Assembly (NCBI GenBank): GCA_963711325.1
Contig: CAVQDR010000004.1
Span: 762,124 to 826,123 of the forward strand
Direction: 5' to 3'
DNA: 64,000 bases
Origin: an uncultured Acidobacteriota bacterium
GTDB lineage: Bacteria > Acidobacteriota > Terriglobia > Acidiferrales > UBA7541
The translations under genes were made by a program, and so were the position numbers. Below the pieces are notes generated by a model that saw only the letters and a list, made by a program, of their open reading frames with translations, was not told the DNA's origin and searched no databases. Position 1 is the first letter of the stretch, and every line of letters begins with the position of its first letter. This document shows, piece by piece, positions 49,250 through 59,904 of the stretch.

Positions 49250-52063
49250 TCACACTTCGAGCTTTTCTCTTGTTGCCGCCGTTGTTGCCTCTACCAACTT
49301 TTCCTCTTTCGTGCGACTTGCCCCGAACTGCGCCAGCACATTCTCAATCGTCGTGAACAATTCCACGCTGCGAATCGGCTTCGACACATACGCGTCCATC
49401 CCCGCCGCCAGACACGCCTCCTGATCGCCTTTCATCGCGTTCGCCGTCATCGCCACAATCGGCATATGCAAGCCCGACGATTTTTCTTTCTCACGAATCT
49501 CTGCCGTGGCTTCAAAACCATTCAGCTCCGGCATCTGAATATCCATCAGCACCAGATCGAACGTATCCTTCTCCAGCGCTTCCACCGCCGCCCGCCCGTT
49601 GTCCACCACCGAAACCCGATACCCGTGTTTTTCCAGCAAGCGCACTGCTAGCGTTTGATTCACGCTGTTGTCCTCGGCCAGCAGCACGTGCGATGCTTTC
49701 CCGTTTGCTCCCGGTCTTTCCCCGCGCGCCGCGCTGCCCATCGCCGCTGCCGGCCCGCTGCGCAGCGCTCCGCAGATCGATTCCAACAACTCTTTCGACC
49801 TCGTCGGCTTCACCAGATACGCCGCCACTCCGATCTCCCGGCATCGCGCCGATTCCCCCAATTGTCCCGACGACGTCAGCATCATGATCGTCGAAGTCGC
49901 CAGTCCCGGGTGCGCCTTGATCTTTTCCGCCAGCATGAAACCATCCATCTCCGGCATCTGGCCATCCACCAGCACCAATCGAAACGGGTCTCCTCTCAAT
50001 TTCGCTTCTTCCAATGCCTCCAGCGCCGCCGGTCCCCCGTCGACGTCCACCGCCTTCATTCCCCAGCGCCCCAACAGTCCCGTCAGAATCCGGCGATTGG
50101 TCGAATTGTCGTCCACGATCAGCACTCGGACATCCCGCAATTGCGCCGGCTGCACCGCTTCTCGCTCACCCGCCGGTTCATCTTGCATCTCCAGCTGCAG
50201 CGTAAAATGAAACGTGCTTCCTCGATTCAGCTCGCTCTCCACCCAAATCGCGCCGTCCATCAAACTCACCAGCCGCGTACAAATCGCCAGACCCAATCCC
50301 GTCCCGCCGTACTTGCGCGCCATCGAACCATCGGCTTGCGAAAACGCCTCAAAAATCCTCTCCTGCTTGTCTCGCGCGATGCCCACTCCGGTGTCCCGCA
50401 CCGCGAAGTGCAGCCCTACCTTCCCGTCGTCCCGTAATTTCTTTTCTACCTTTACGTAAATTTCCCCCCGCTGCGTGAACTTGATCGAATTGCCCACCAG
50501 ATTGATCAGAATCTGCCGGATCCTTCCCGCGTCTCCCAGCAGCGCATCCGGCACGTCTGGCTCTACCTCGTAGACCAGTTCCAGTGCCTTCTGGTGCGCC
50601 CGGAAACTCAGCAGCCGCATCGATTCATCCAGACGCTCCCGCAGCTGGAACGGCAGAATCTCCATCTCCAGTTTTCCCGCCTCGATTTTCGAAAAATCCA
50701 GAATGTCGTTGATGATCGTCAACAACGATTCCGCCGACAGCCGCACCAGCCCCAGATTCTCGCGCTGTTCCGCCGTCAGTTCGGTGTCCAGCACCAGTTC
50801 GGTCATCCCCAATATTCCATTCATCGGCGTTCGGATTTCGTGGCTCATCGTCGCCAGGAACGTACTCTTCGCCGCGCTCGCCGTCTCCGCCGCTTCTTTC
50901 GCTACCTTCAGCTCGCTCTCCGTCCGTTTTCGCTCCGTGATGTCCCGCAAAAACGCCGCGAAGATTTCCTCGCTTCCTGAAATCATCGACGTGATCGCCA
51001 GCTCGATCGGAAATTCGTGCCCGTCCCGGTGTAACGCGGCCATCTCGATCCGCTGGTCCAGCACTCGGCCCTCGCCCGTGACCAGAAAATCCTGCACTCC
51101 TCCTTTGCCAGTCTCCCGAAATCGTTCCGGTACGATCATTTCCCCTAGCCTTTTGCCTACCGCTTCTTCTCTGGTCCATCCAAACGTCAGTTCCGCCTGT
51201 TTGTTCCAATCCACTACCACCCGCTGCGAATTCATCCCCACAAACGAATCCAGCGCCGCCTCCACAATCTGCCCGTACCGTTTCTCGCTCGTTTCCAGCT
51301 CCATCGCTTTCCAGCTGAACTGCCGATCCACAAACGCCGTCACCAAGGTCAGCGTCAGTATCAGGAAGGTGATGCCCGTAATTCCGGTCAACCCAAGCGC
51401 CGTGATGCTCACCGCATGCTCCAGCCCCCCACTCATTTCCGGCGTCGGACGGAAATGCACCGCCGCCATCCCCGTGTAATGCATCGTCGGAATCGCCGCG
51501 CCCATCACCACTGCGGTGGCGATCTTCCGCCAGCTGCTTTGGTGCATTTCTCCACGCAGCTGAAACGTCAGCAACAACGCCACGAACGCAATCACCACCG
51601 CCAGCACCACTGACGCCGCTACCACCGGCGCGGAATAGCTGCACATCGCCGGCAGCCGCATCGCCGCCATCCCGATGTAATGCATCCCCGCGATCCCCGA
51701 CCCCATGAAAATACTTCCTGCCGCCGCCCGCGCCAGCCCCATCGTCGTCCGGCTCACCACGAACAACGCCACCGCCGACGCGAAAATCCCCGCCAACATC
51801 GACAGCAGCACCGTGGGCCAGTCGTATTCCACCCGTACCGGCAACTCGAAGGCCAACATCCCTACGTAATGCATCGACCAGATGCCCAGGCCCATCGCGA
51901 TCGCCCCGCCACCCAGCCACAGTCGCCGCACCGCGCCGTGCGCGGACGTGACTCGTCCGCCCAGATCCAGCGCCGCGTACGCCGCTAAGATCGCGATCGC
52001 TACAGAAAGCGCCACCAGCCAGTAGTTGTACGAACCCCGCAAGAAAATCTCAGGCGAATTCAT
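49250..52063 (-). CDS. Hybrid sensor histidine kinase: MHYT membrane domain, PAS, HisKA/HATPase and two receiver domains
   Basis: Three MHYT motifs (MHYVGMLAF, MHYIGMAAM, MHYTGMAAV). H-box ATMSHEIRTPMNG. N/G boxes. Two REC domains (LIVDDNSTNRR...DGQMPEMDG and LLAEDNSVNQ...MDIQMPELNG). Confidence 0.9.
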   Translation of the reverse strand: MNSPEIFLRGSYNYWLVALSVAIAILAAYAALDLGGRVTSAHGAVRRLWLGGGAIAMGLGIWSMHYVGMLAFELPVRVEYDWPTVLLSMLAGIFASAVALFVVSRTTMGLARAAAGSIFMGSGIAGMHYIGMAAMRLPAMCSYSAPVVAASVVLAVVIAFVALLLTFQLRGEMHQSSWRKIATAVVMGAAIPTMHYTGMAAVHFRPTPEMSGGLEHAVSITALGLTGITGITFLILTLTLVTAFVDRQFSWKAMELETSEKRYGQIVEAALDSFVGMNSQRVVVDWNKQAELTFGWTREEAVGKRLGEMIVPERFRETGKGGVQDFLVTGEGRVLDQRIEMAALHRDGHEFPIELAITSMISGSEEIFAAFLRDITERKRTESELKVAKEAAETASAAKSTFLATMSHEIRTPMNGILGMTELVLDTELTAEQRENLGLVRLSAESLLTIINDILDFSKIEAGKLEMEILPFQLRERLDESMRLLSFRAHQKALELVYEVEPDVPDALLGDAGRIRQILINLVGNSIKFTQRGEIYVKVEKKLRDDGKVGLHFAVRDTGVGIARDKQERIFEAFSQADGSMARKYGGTGLGLAICTRLVSLMDGAIWVESELNRGSTFHFTLQLEMQDEPAGEREAVQPAQLRDVRVLIVDDNSTNRRILTGLLGRWGMKAVDVDGGPAALEALEEAKLRGDPFRLVLVDGQMPEMDGFMLAEKIKAHPGLATSTIMMLTSSGQLGESARCREIGVAAYLVKPTRSKELLESICGALRSGPAAAMGSAARGERPGANGKASHVLLAEDNSVNQTLAVRLLEKHGYRVSVVDNGRAAVEALEKDTFDLVLMDIQMPELNGFEATAEIREKEKSSGLHMPIVAMTANAMKGDQEACLAAGMDAYVSKPIRSVELFTTIENVLAQFGASRTKEEKLVEATTAATREKLEV

Positions 52064-52386
52064 AGCTTCCTCCCGGTGGCAACCACCGGTGACCTACTCG
52101 GGCGCACCCCTGTGCATCCGCCGTTAGCGAACTAGGTTTTTCAACTTGAGAGGGGAAGTATCAAAACCAAACAGCTTCTTGGAAGGGAACTCAATTCTGA
52201 CTCACTGCCTCCGTAAGTCAAGCGCAGCGCCGAATTCGCCACGAATCAGTTACGTCCCGGCCGCTGACCTGCAACGATTTTCCCTGGCGCAACGTTTCGC
52301 AGCTTCGTGGTTCAGACCTTGATAAACTCTGAAATTGTGTGTCGCGGCCTTTGGCCCCTGCGCGCACCTGTACTTAAAGGATCGGC

Positions 52387-53514
52387 ATGGTTGACTCAAC
52401 TCCGAAAATATCCGCCACTCCCGCCAGTCCGGCGCGTCCCGCGCGTTGGCTCGAATGGCTGAAACTCATCCTCATCAATTTCGCCGTCTTCGTCGTTCTC
52501 GCCGAACTCGCCTCTCTCGCCATCGTCAATTTCAAAAAATGGCCTTCCAGCAAGCCCAGCTACCACGTCAATTACAATTCTTTCTGGGCCGACATCAATC
52601 CCGACTTCGGCGTTTGGCATCGCCCCAACGGCCGCTTCATCCACAAAGAAGGCTGCTTCTCCGTCGAGTACGACACCAATAGCTACGGCGCTCGCGACGT
52701 CGAGCGCAGTCTAAATTCCTCCGCCCCACGCACCGTCGTCCTGGGCGATTCTTTCATCGAAGGCCTCGGCGTCCCCGCCGATGACCGCCTCTCCAATATC
52801 TTGGAAAAAGACACCGGCAGGGAACATCTCAATTTCGGCGTGGGAGGGAACTTCGGCCCCCTGCAATACGCGCTGCTCTACAAATCCATGGCCGCCAAGT
52901 TCGACCACAACCTCGTCATCGTCGGCGTTCTCCCCGACAACGATTTCCACGACATGTCGCTCGATTACTGGAAAAAAATCGGTTACGGCGATCGCTACCG
53001 TCCCTACTACTCGGGCGATTATTCGGTTTTCTACACCGGCCACTTCGACCCGAATATCGGCGAAGGTTTTTGGGATCACGTCGAAGCCGTCCTGCGCGCT
53101 TACCTCGCTTCCTACCACGTCGGCCAGTTCCTCATCTCCCAGTTCTACTGGCACAACCGCAGCCCCTACTCCGGCTACAACGATTTCAATGATGTCGATC
53201 TCGCTCGCCTCCAGCACGCCCTCGCAGACATTAAAGCCACCGCCGATGCCCATCACTCCCGCGTTGCCGTTTTCCTCATCCCGCGCGCCAATGATTTTCA
53301 ACGCCTGCACAGCGCCGGAACCAACCGCCTCGGTCCCATCATGGAAGCTTGGGGCAGCCAGGTCGGGATCCCCGTGAAGGATCTCCTCCCCGATATGGAT
53401 GCCCGCGACCGCGCCGGCTTCATGTCCTACTTCCTGAAATGTGACGGCCACTGGTCCGCTCACGGCGATGCCGTCGCTGCCCAAATCCTCGAACCCTGGC
53501 TGGCTGAAAAATAA
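52387..53514 (+). CDS. Membrane-anchored SGNH/GDSL-family hydrolase
   Basis: N-terminal TM, block I VVLGDSFIEG, and a later GVGG/ DNDFHD pattern. 375 aa. Confidence 0.65.
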   Translation: MVDSTPKISATPASPARPARWLEWLKLILINFAVFVVLAELASLAIVNFKKWPSSKPSYHVNYNSFWADINPDFGVWHRPNGRFIHKEGCFSVEYDTNSYGARDVERSLNSSAPRTVVLGDSFIEGLGVPADDRLSNILEKDTGREHLNFGVGGNFGPLQYALLYKSMAAKFDHNLVIVGVLPDNDFHDMSLDYWKKIGYGDRYRPYYSGDYSVFYTGHFDPNIGEGFWDHVEAVLRAYLASYHVGQFLISQFYWHNRSPYSGYNDFNDVDLARLQHALADIKATADAHHSRVAVFLIPRANDFQRLHSAGTNRLGPIMEAWGSQVGIPVKDLLPDMDARDRAGFMSYFLKCDGHWSAHGDAVAAQILEPWLAEK

Positions 53515-53654
53515 ATGGACGCTTCTGCGTCTTTGGCCGGTACGGTTAACAAGTAAGCCATTTGTAATCAGCATCTTACGGACTCCTCTTAACTCTCCGG
53601 CCCATCCTTTCTCTATGGTAGACTTCGCCCACTCCGGCCCGCGCTACCGAACCA

Positions 53655-56411
53655 ATGAACCCTGACCCTCGTCCCGCTTACCGTTTCGGTCTCTTCGAGG
53701 CCAACCCGTCCACCGGCGAACTCTCTAAGAAAGGTCTGCGCGTCAAACTCCAGGAGCAGCCCTTCCGCCTGCTCTGTCTGCTCCTCGAAAATCCGGGAGG
53801 CATCGTCTCCCGCGAAAACGTCCGCGAACGTCTCTGGCCCGCCAATACCTTCGTCGAATTTGACGCCTCGCTCAGCGTCGCCGTCGGCAAACTTCGCGAT
53901 GCCCTCGCTGACGACGCCGAAAATCCTCGCTTCATCGAAACCGTCCCGCGTCGCGGCTATCGTTTCATCGCGCCCGTCGAAACCATCAGTGCATCCCCAG
54001 TCGCGCCCACAGCACAAGGGCCGGTCGCACTGCCGTTGTCGCCCGAAGTCACGACGCGCGAGCATTTCTTGCCGCCGATCGCTGTGTCAATCCCATCTCC
54101 CGAAACCAAATCGAATTTCAAACCCGTCGCCGCAACCTTGCTCGCACTAGTCGCATTAACCGCGCTCGCCTTTTATAAATTCATCCCGCGAATCCGCGGC
54201 GCATCGTCGCCCGCGCCCACTGCAGCTCCCGCTCTCGCCCCCGTTCCGCTCCGCCGTTCCGTCGCTATTCTCGGCTTCCGCAATCTCCCCGGCCGCCCCG
54301 AAGAAAACTGGCTCTCCACCGCCTTCGCCGAAATGTTGAATACCGAACTCGCCGCCGGCGGCACCCTGCGCATGGTTTCCGGCGAGGACGTGGCCCGCGC
54401 CAGAAGGGAATTGCCTCTCGCCGACGAAGACACCTTGGCCAAGCCCACTCTCGCCAAACTTCGCAACAATCCCGGCGCCGATATCGTCATCCTCGGCTCC
54501 TACACCACGCTCCCCGGCAAAGGTCCGCACCGCATCCGCCTCGATCTTCGCGCGCAGGATACCGCCGCCGGAGAAACCATCGCCGAAGAATCCGTCACCG
54601 GCAGCGAAGAAAATCTTTTTGAACTCGCCTCCCAGGCCGGAGCCCGCCTCCGCGAAACTCTCGGCCTTACCTCCGCCTCGCCGGAAACCACCAGCGAAGT
54701 TCGCGCGGCTTTGCCGTCCAATCAGGAAGCCCTGCAGTTTTATTCCGAAGGCCGCGCCAAACTCTGGCAATTTGAAATCGCCGATGGCCGCGCTCTTCTC
54801 GAAAAAGCCGTCGCCGCCGATCCGAAGTATCCTCTCGCGCACTCCGCCTTGTCCGAAGCCCTCTGGCACGCCGGATACCTGATCAAATCGCGCGCGGAAG
54901 CCCAGCGCGCCGTCGAACTTTCCGCCCACCTCCCGCCGGAAGATCGTCTCCTTGTTCAGGGCCAGTATTACCGCACCGTCTCCGATTGGCCCAAAGCCGT
55001 CGCCGCCTACCGCTCCCTCTTCCAAATGTTTCCCGACCGCCTCGATTACGGTCTGCTCCTCGCCGCAGCGCAAAGCAATGTCAACCTGGCTGACTCGGTC
55101 GCCACCTTGGCCCAACTCCGCCGCCTCCCGCCTCCTTACGGAGATGACGCCCGCATCGACATCACCGAGGGCACCGTCTGGATCGATCACGATTTTGCCA
55201 AAGCCGATGCCGCCGCTCGCCGCGCCCTCGCCAAAGGCATTGCCGAAGGTTCGCCCGCCGTGGTTTCCTGGGCTTCCGGCCTGCTCTGCGAACAAAGTGT
55301 AGCCATCGGCAAATCCACCTCCGATTCCATCGCCCTCTGCGAAAAAGCGCTCCAGACCGCGAAATCCGCAAAAGATCCCAACGGTGAAGCCATGATGCTC
55401 ACCGATCTCGCCGCCATTCGTTTTCAGCGCGGCGAAATCACTCAATCCGAAACCATGTTTCAGCAGGCCCTGCAGCTCTTCCGCCAAATTGGCAACACCT
55501 CCGGCGTCGCCACCAGTCTCAGCAATCTTGGAGCTGCCAATAGCGTTCAGGGTGAACTCGTCGAATCCCGCAAAATGATTCTGCAGGGCGTCCTCGCCTA
55601 CCAAGCCATCGGCGATAGTGTTGGCTTGGCTCTCGCACTCAACAATCTTGGCGACCTGGCCCGCCAGGGCGGTCAACTCGATCTCGCCGAATCCTATTAC
55701 CACCAGGCCAAAACCGAAGCCGCCAAAACCGACGACAAATACGCTCTCGCCTACATCCAGTCCGGCTTGGGCGACGTCCTCTCCGATCGCGGTGATCTCC
55801 CCGCCGCTCGCAAATCCTACGAAGAAGCCCTCTCCTTGCGCACCCAAGCCGGCGAAAACATATCCGCCGCTGAATCTCGCGTCTCGCTCGCTCAGCTGGC
55901 CATCCTGGACGGGCATCCCGCTGATGCCGAAGCCGCCGCCCGCGTCTGCATCCAGCAGTTCCATGATCACCAGCAGTCCGATGATGAAATGGCCGCCACC
56001 CTCGCGCTGATCAGTGCCTTGCTCGCCCAGGGAAAAGACGTCGAAGCCAAAGACCTACTGGCCCACGCTCAACCCCTCGCCGCTCAAAGCCAGAGCGTTC
56101 TCCCCCGCCTGCAATTTGATTTGGCTTCCGCGCAGGCTCTGCTCGCTTCCGATCATCCCGATTCCGCGCGGCCCCAGCTGGAAAAAACTCTCCAGACCGC
56201 CCGCACTCACGGTTTTCTCGGCCTCGAATTCCAAACCCGCCTGGCTCTCGCCCAACTCGAAAAGAAACGTGGCCGCTCCGCCGCCGCCCAATCTCAGTTC
56301 GCCAATCTCGAAGCCTCCGCCACCGCCAAAGGCTTTGGTCAGATCGCCCGCCAAGCCTCCGCTGCCGCCTCCGCCGCTCCCACCACCGCCAACGCCGCCT
56401 CTCGCTTGTAG
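53655..56411 (+). CDS. CadC/ToxR-like transmembrane regulator: OmpR-type winged-helix DNA-binding domain, TM, TPR repeats
   Basis: N-terminal YRFGLFEANPSTGELSKKGLRVKLQEQPFRLLCLLLENPGGIVSRENVRERLWP...IETVPRRGYRF, a single TM, then about 600 aa of TPR-like helical repeats. Confidence 0.85.
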   Translation: MNPDPRPAYRFGLFEANPSTGELSKKGLRVKLQEQPFRLLCLLLENPGGIVSRENVRERLWPANTFVEFDASLSVAVGKLRDALADDAENPRFIETVPRRGYRFIAPVETISASPVAPTAQGPVALPLSPEVTTREHFLPPIAVSIPSPETKSNFKPVAATLLALVALTALAFYKFIPRIRGASSPAPTAAPALAPVPLRRSVAILGFRNLPGRPEENWLSTAFAEMLNTELAAGGTLRMVSGEDVARARRELPLADEDTLAKPTLAKLRNNPGADIVILGSYTTLPGKGPHRIRLDLRAQDTAAGETIAEESVTGSEENLFELASQAGARLRETLGLTSASPETTSEVRAALPSNQEALQFYSEGRAKLWQFEIADGRALLEKAVAADPKYPLAHSALSEALWHAGYLIKSRAEAQRAVELSAHLPPEDRLLVQGQYYRTVSDWPKAVAAYRSLFQMFPDRLDYGLLLAAAQSNVNLADSVATLAQLRRLPPPYGDDARIDITEGTVWIDHDFAKADAAARRALAKGIAEGSPAVVSWASGLLCEQSVAIGKSTSDSIALCEKALQTAKSAKDPNGEAMMLTDLAAIRFQRGEITQSETMFQQALQLFRQIGNTSGVATSLSNLGAANSVQGELVESRKMILQGVLAYQAIGDSVGLALALNNLGDLARQGGQLDLAESYYHQAKTEAAKTDDKYALAYIQSGLGDVLSDRGDLPAARKSYEEALSLRTQAGENISAAESRVSLAQLAILDGHPADAEAAARVCIQQFHDHQQSDDEMAATLALISALLAQGKDVEAKDLLAHAQPLAAQSQSVLPRLQFDLASAQALLASDHPDSARPQLEKTLQTARTHGFLGLEFQTRLALAQLEKKRGRSAAAQSQFANLEASATAKGFGQIARQASAAASAAPTTANAASRL

Positions 56412-56421
56412 ATTTTCGCGC

Positions 56422-56451
56422 AAAAAAAAGGGCAGCCCTCACGGGCTGCCC
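56422..56451 (-). terminator. Rho-independent terminator of the TonB-dependent receptor gene (shared by convergent genes)
   Basis: Perfect 9-bp GC stem gggcagccc-tcac-gggctgccc, followed on the minus strand by T8 (A8 at 56422-56429 on plus). Lies 28 nt after the minus-strand stop. Confidence 0.8.
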
Positions 56452-56478
56452 TTCCCTGGGGGTAACACACGTTACAAG

Positions 56479-59400
56479 TTAGAAAATCAACTTGCCCGTG
56501 ATCTGCGCGATTCTCTGGTCCGTCGCGGCTGCCGCAAACGCGCCGTAAGGCGACGTCGGTGGCGTCTGCGTAATTACCGATGCTCCAAAGATGCTCGCAT
56601 TGTTGTTCGGGTACGGTGCGCCGTAGTTCGCGTGGTTGAGGAAGTTATACGCGTTCAACCCCAACTGGAACCCGACTCGCTCCGTCAATTTAAAGTTCTT
56701 GCGGATGCTCATGTCGCCGCCCAGGAAGCCCGGTCCACGGAATGCGTTGCGTCCCACCACATCTCCCGTGAAATCCGTGCTGGTCTGGAAGTCGCCCGGA
56801 GTAACGCAAGCGTTGACCACGCAGCCTCTCACGTTCGAGAAATCCCTCTGCGTGAACGCCGCCGTCGGCTGCAGCAAGATGGTAGCGCCGCCCAGATTAT
56901 TTCCTGGCAGCCCGCCCAGTGTTGCGCCGTCCAGGAAGCTGAACGGAAACCCTGTGCGCCAGAACATGGTCCCCGAAAGCTGCCATCCGCCAATCGCCGC
57001 GTTCAGTAGCCGGTTTTCGCTCTTGAACGGAAATTGATAGATGTAGCTCGCCGAGATCTGGTGCCGCGCATCGTTGTCGCCCGATGCGTAGTTGTCGTGC
57101 AGGTTGAATGGATTGATTTGGCTCGCAATCGTCGTGATCACGCTGAACGGCAAGACGCCGCCGTTCGAGAGATCGTCGAGTTCGTGCGAGTACGTATAGT
57201 TCAAACGCGCCGTGATTCCGTGCCAGTTGTTTTCCTGCGCCGACAGCGTCAGTCCGTTGTAATTCGAGACGCCATTGTTGCCCAGCGTGTTGACCTGCGC
57301 GACCCGCGGATCAGGAGCCGTCGCCGGAAGTTCTCCGAATCCGAAGCCGTTCAGATCGTTGTTGAAGATCAGCCCGTCATACCCGTGATTTCCCACGTAG
57401 TTTGCCGAGAGGACCGTCTTCGATCCGAACGTCCGTTGAATTTCAAAGTTCCATTCCACGTATTTCGGATTCTTCAAATTGCGCGAGACGTCGCTGATCG
57501 TCGGTACCGAAAGATTGCCCAACGCGTCGAGACATCCGCCGGTGATCGGTGCCGCTGCGCCCTGATAGCCGCCGCCGCTCGATCCACCCGTCGTCAAGCT
57601 GCCGCCCGATGCGTAGTTGCTGGCAAACGCCGTGTTGCACTGCGTCACCAGGTTCACTCCGCTGGTCGGGAATGCCGTGCTGCCGGGAGCCAATCCGTCG
57701 AAGGCCACCGTCCCGATTGGCACGTTGAATTTATTTACCTGCGGAAGGTTCGTGTTATACGCGCTCAAAATCGTTCCGGGATAAAGATCCGGGAACAGCC
57801 CGATTCCGCCGCGAATGACTGTGTTCTGTCCAAACGGAGTCCACGCAAATCCGATTCTCGGCTCGAATACTACTTTCTCGATTCCGGGAATGATCGTCTT
57901 CGATCCCGTCAGGAACGATTGGTCGTAGGGAATTGTCTCTCCGTGAGGCAACACGTCGAAGGGAACTGCCGGCAACCCGGCGCATGCCGACTGGCAAGTT
58001 CCGCCGGAGTTTCGGTCCGCGCGCATCGTCATGGTGAGTTTCAATTTCGAGTTCACTCGATACTCGTCTTGAAAGTAGAAACCCACGCTGTAGATCGCTA
58101 CCGGTTGCTCGGTGTTGGTTGCGAAGTTATAAATGACGCTCCCGCACGTTTGCGCTAACGCGCATCCCGCCGGAGCGACCTGGTTGTTGGCGAAGCCGAA
58201 CAGCGTCGCGCTCACTGCCGGGTACAACGCCTGCGACGCCGCCGACAGGTCCGTGATGTCGTCGCGACGGAAATTCACGCCCATCTTGAACGTGTGATCT
58301 CCCTTCGACACCGACAGGTCATCCACCAACTGCCATTGGTCCACGCGCCGGCCTTGCGGATACAAAAAGCCCTGGGCAAATCCGCCGGGGTTTCCTGAAC
58401 CGGTGCCCAGCGCCGTCAATGATCCATCGGTGAACGCCAGGTTGCCCGGGAATAGCGCCAGCGATGGCCCGGGATTCGCGCTTCCGAAAATCGCCGAATA
58501 CCACAGGTTGGAGAAAATGAAGTTATTCACCACATTCGGCGTGAAGATGTGCGTGTAGTTCAATTGCCCTTCGTTCTGCGGCTGAATACTGCTGTCGTTG
58601 AACGTCGGGTTGATTGAGTCCGTGTAGGTCGGCTGCGTTCCGCGATCGAACTTCACCCGGCCAAACAGTTTGTTGTTCTCGTTGAAGTTGTAGTCCACCC
58701 GTCCGCTCAGCAGCCACTCTTTGTTTCCGCTGGATACCGACTGGGTCCAGCTCTCCGTGCAAAATCCATTCGTCGTTCCAGGATTTACCGTGAAGCCGTT
58801 GCAGCTGTTTGCGTTCGGAATCGCTGATCCGATGCCCGGCGCGGCGTTATACAGCTTGAATGCGTTCTGATAGAACGCCTGGGTTGCCGCATCCTGCGGA
58901 ACGTTCCCCAGCACGTACGATTCGAACGCCGGTGTCGGCGCGCTCGGCGTGTGAATCGATCCGAAGATGTAGCGAATTCCTTCCGTATTCACGAAGAAAT
59001 ACGCCTTATCTTTCTTGATCGGTCCGCCAATCGATGCCGCCCACTGGTTGTTGTTCTCGAACGGCCGCGTCCCGCCGAACGCCTTGTTCACTGGATCGTT
59101 CGCCGTCAGGTCGCTTCCCGTCCAGTTGTACACCGCGTCGCCGTGGAAAGAATTGCCGCCCGACTTCGTGGTGTAGTCCACCTGCGCGCCGGCTTGCCGG
59201 CCGTATTGCCCGGTGTAGCCGTTGCTCACCACCGCCACTTCCTGCAGTTCGTTTCCGCCCAGCAGCAGGTTGCTCGCTCCCGAGTTGTTCAAATTCAGGA
59301 ACGCGTCGTTGTAATCGTTTCCATTCACCGTGAACAAATTCGCCGTGCCCGGCAATCCGAACGCGCTGAAGTTTCCGTAGCCGCCGCCCGTCGAATTGTT

Positions 59401-59904
59401 CATCGTCACGCCCGGTGCGGTCTGCGCGATATAAGTAATGTCGCCGCCCGGATTCGGTACCTCATTAATCACTTTGGTGTCGAAGTTCGAAGCAATGTTC
59501 GCGTCTTCCGTTTGCAACAACGCGCCCTGCTCCGTCACCGTCACCGTCTCCGTCGCCGCGCCCACTTCCATCTTGATGTTCGCCTGTGTCGTTTGTCCTA
59601 GCAGAATCGTCGTCGGCTGGACCTCTTGTTTGAATCCCGCCTTCGCCACCACCACCGTGTATGTGCCCGGCTTCAACAACGTGAATTCGTAGGTTCCCGT
59701 CGATCCCGTCGTGGACGTTAATACCGCCCCGTTATCGGTGTTGGTCAAGGTCACCGTGGCTCCGGCGATCACTGCACCCGAAGCGTCGGTCACCACGCCT
59801 CCCACCGCTCCCGTCACAATGCTTTGCGCCGCGGCATTCCCCGGCACCAGCATCATGAGAACCGCCAGCACCGCTGCGATCATGAAACTGTGCTTCAATT
59901 TCAT
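56479..59904 (-). CDS. TonB-dependent outer-membrane receptor with N-terminal carboxypeptidase-regulatory-like domain
   Basis: 1141 aa with signal peptide. CarboxypepD_reg pattern (GAVGGVVTDASGAVIAGATVTLTNTDNG...GTYEF). Plug and barrel regions. C-terminal ...GKLIF. Confidence 0.9.
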   Translation of the reverse strand: MKLKHSFMIAAVLAVLMMLVPGNAAAQSIVTGAVGGVVTDASGAVIAGATVTLTNTDNGAVLTSTTGSTGTYEFTLLKPGTYTVVVAKAGFKQEVQPTTILLGQTTQANIKMEVGAATETVTVTEQGALLQTEDANIASNFDTKVINEVPNPGGDITYIAQTAPGVTMNNSTGGGYGNFSAFGLPGTANLFTVNGNDYNDAFLNLNNSGASNLLLGGNELQEVAVVSNGYTGQYGRQAGAQVDYTTKSGGNSFHGDAVYNWTGSDLTANDPVNKAFGGTRPFENNNQWAASIGGPIKKDKAYFFVNTEGIRYIFGSIHTPSAPTPAFESYVLGNVPQDAATQAFYQNAFKLYNAAPGIGSAIPNANSCNGFTVNPGTTNGFCTESWTQSVSSGNKEWLLSGRVDYNFNENNKLFGRVKFDRGTQPTYTDSINPTFNDSSIQPQNEGQLNYTHIFTPNVVNNFIFSNLWYSAIFGSANPGPSLALFPGNLAFTDGSLTALGTGSGNPGGFAQGFLYPQGRRVDQWQLVDDLSVSKGDHTFKMGVNFRRDDITDLSAASQALYPAVSATLFGFANNQVAPAGCALAQTCGSVIYNFATNTEQPVAIYSVGFYFQDEYRVNSKLKLTMTMRADRNSGGTCQSACAGLPAVPFDVLPHGETIPYDQSFLTGSKTIIPGIEKVVFEPRIGFAWTPFGQNTVIRGGIGLFPDLYPGTILSAYNTNLPQVNKFNVPIGTVAFDGLAPGSTAFPTSGVNLVTQCNTAFASNYASGGSLTTGGSSGGGYQGAAAPITGGCLDALGNLSVPTISDVSRNLKNPKYVEWNFEIQRTFGSKTVLSANYVGNHGYDGLIFNNDLNGFGFGELPATAPDPRVAQVNTLGNNGVSNYNGLTLSAQENNWHGITARLNYTYSHELDDLSNGGVLPFSVITTIASQINPFNLHDNYASGDNDARHQISASYIYQFPFKSENRLLNAAIGGWQLSGTMFWRTGFPFSFLDGATLGGLPGNNLGGATILLQPTAAFTQRDFSNVRGCVVNACVTPGDFQTSTDFTGDVVGRNAFRGPGFLGGDMSIRKNFKLTERVGFQLGLNAYNFLNHANYGAPYPNNNASIFGASVITQTPPTSPYGAFAAAATDQRIAQITGKLIF

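Noticed and set aside
54156-55970. Long antisense/off-frame ORFs: 54156..55970 (604 aa), 14098..15507 (469 aa), 50625..51920 (431 aa), 8439..9563 (374 aa), 57034..58158 (374 aa), 2748..3776 (342 aa), 47216..48202 (328 aa), 36687..37679 (330 aa), 62539..63681 (380 aa)
   Set aside because: Each lies opposite or out of frame to a gene with clear family signatures. Each has the Arg/Gly/Asp/Ala-rich, low-complexity composition typical of shadow ORFs in high-GC DNA.
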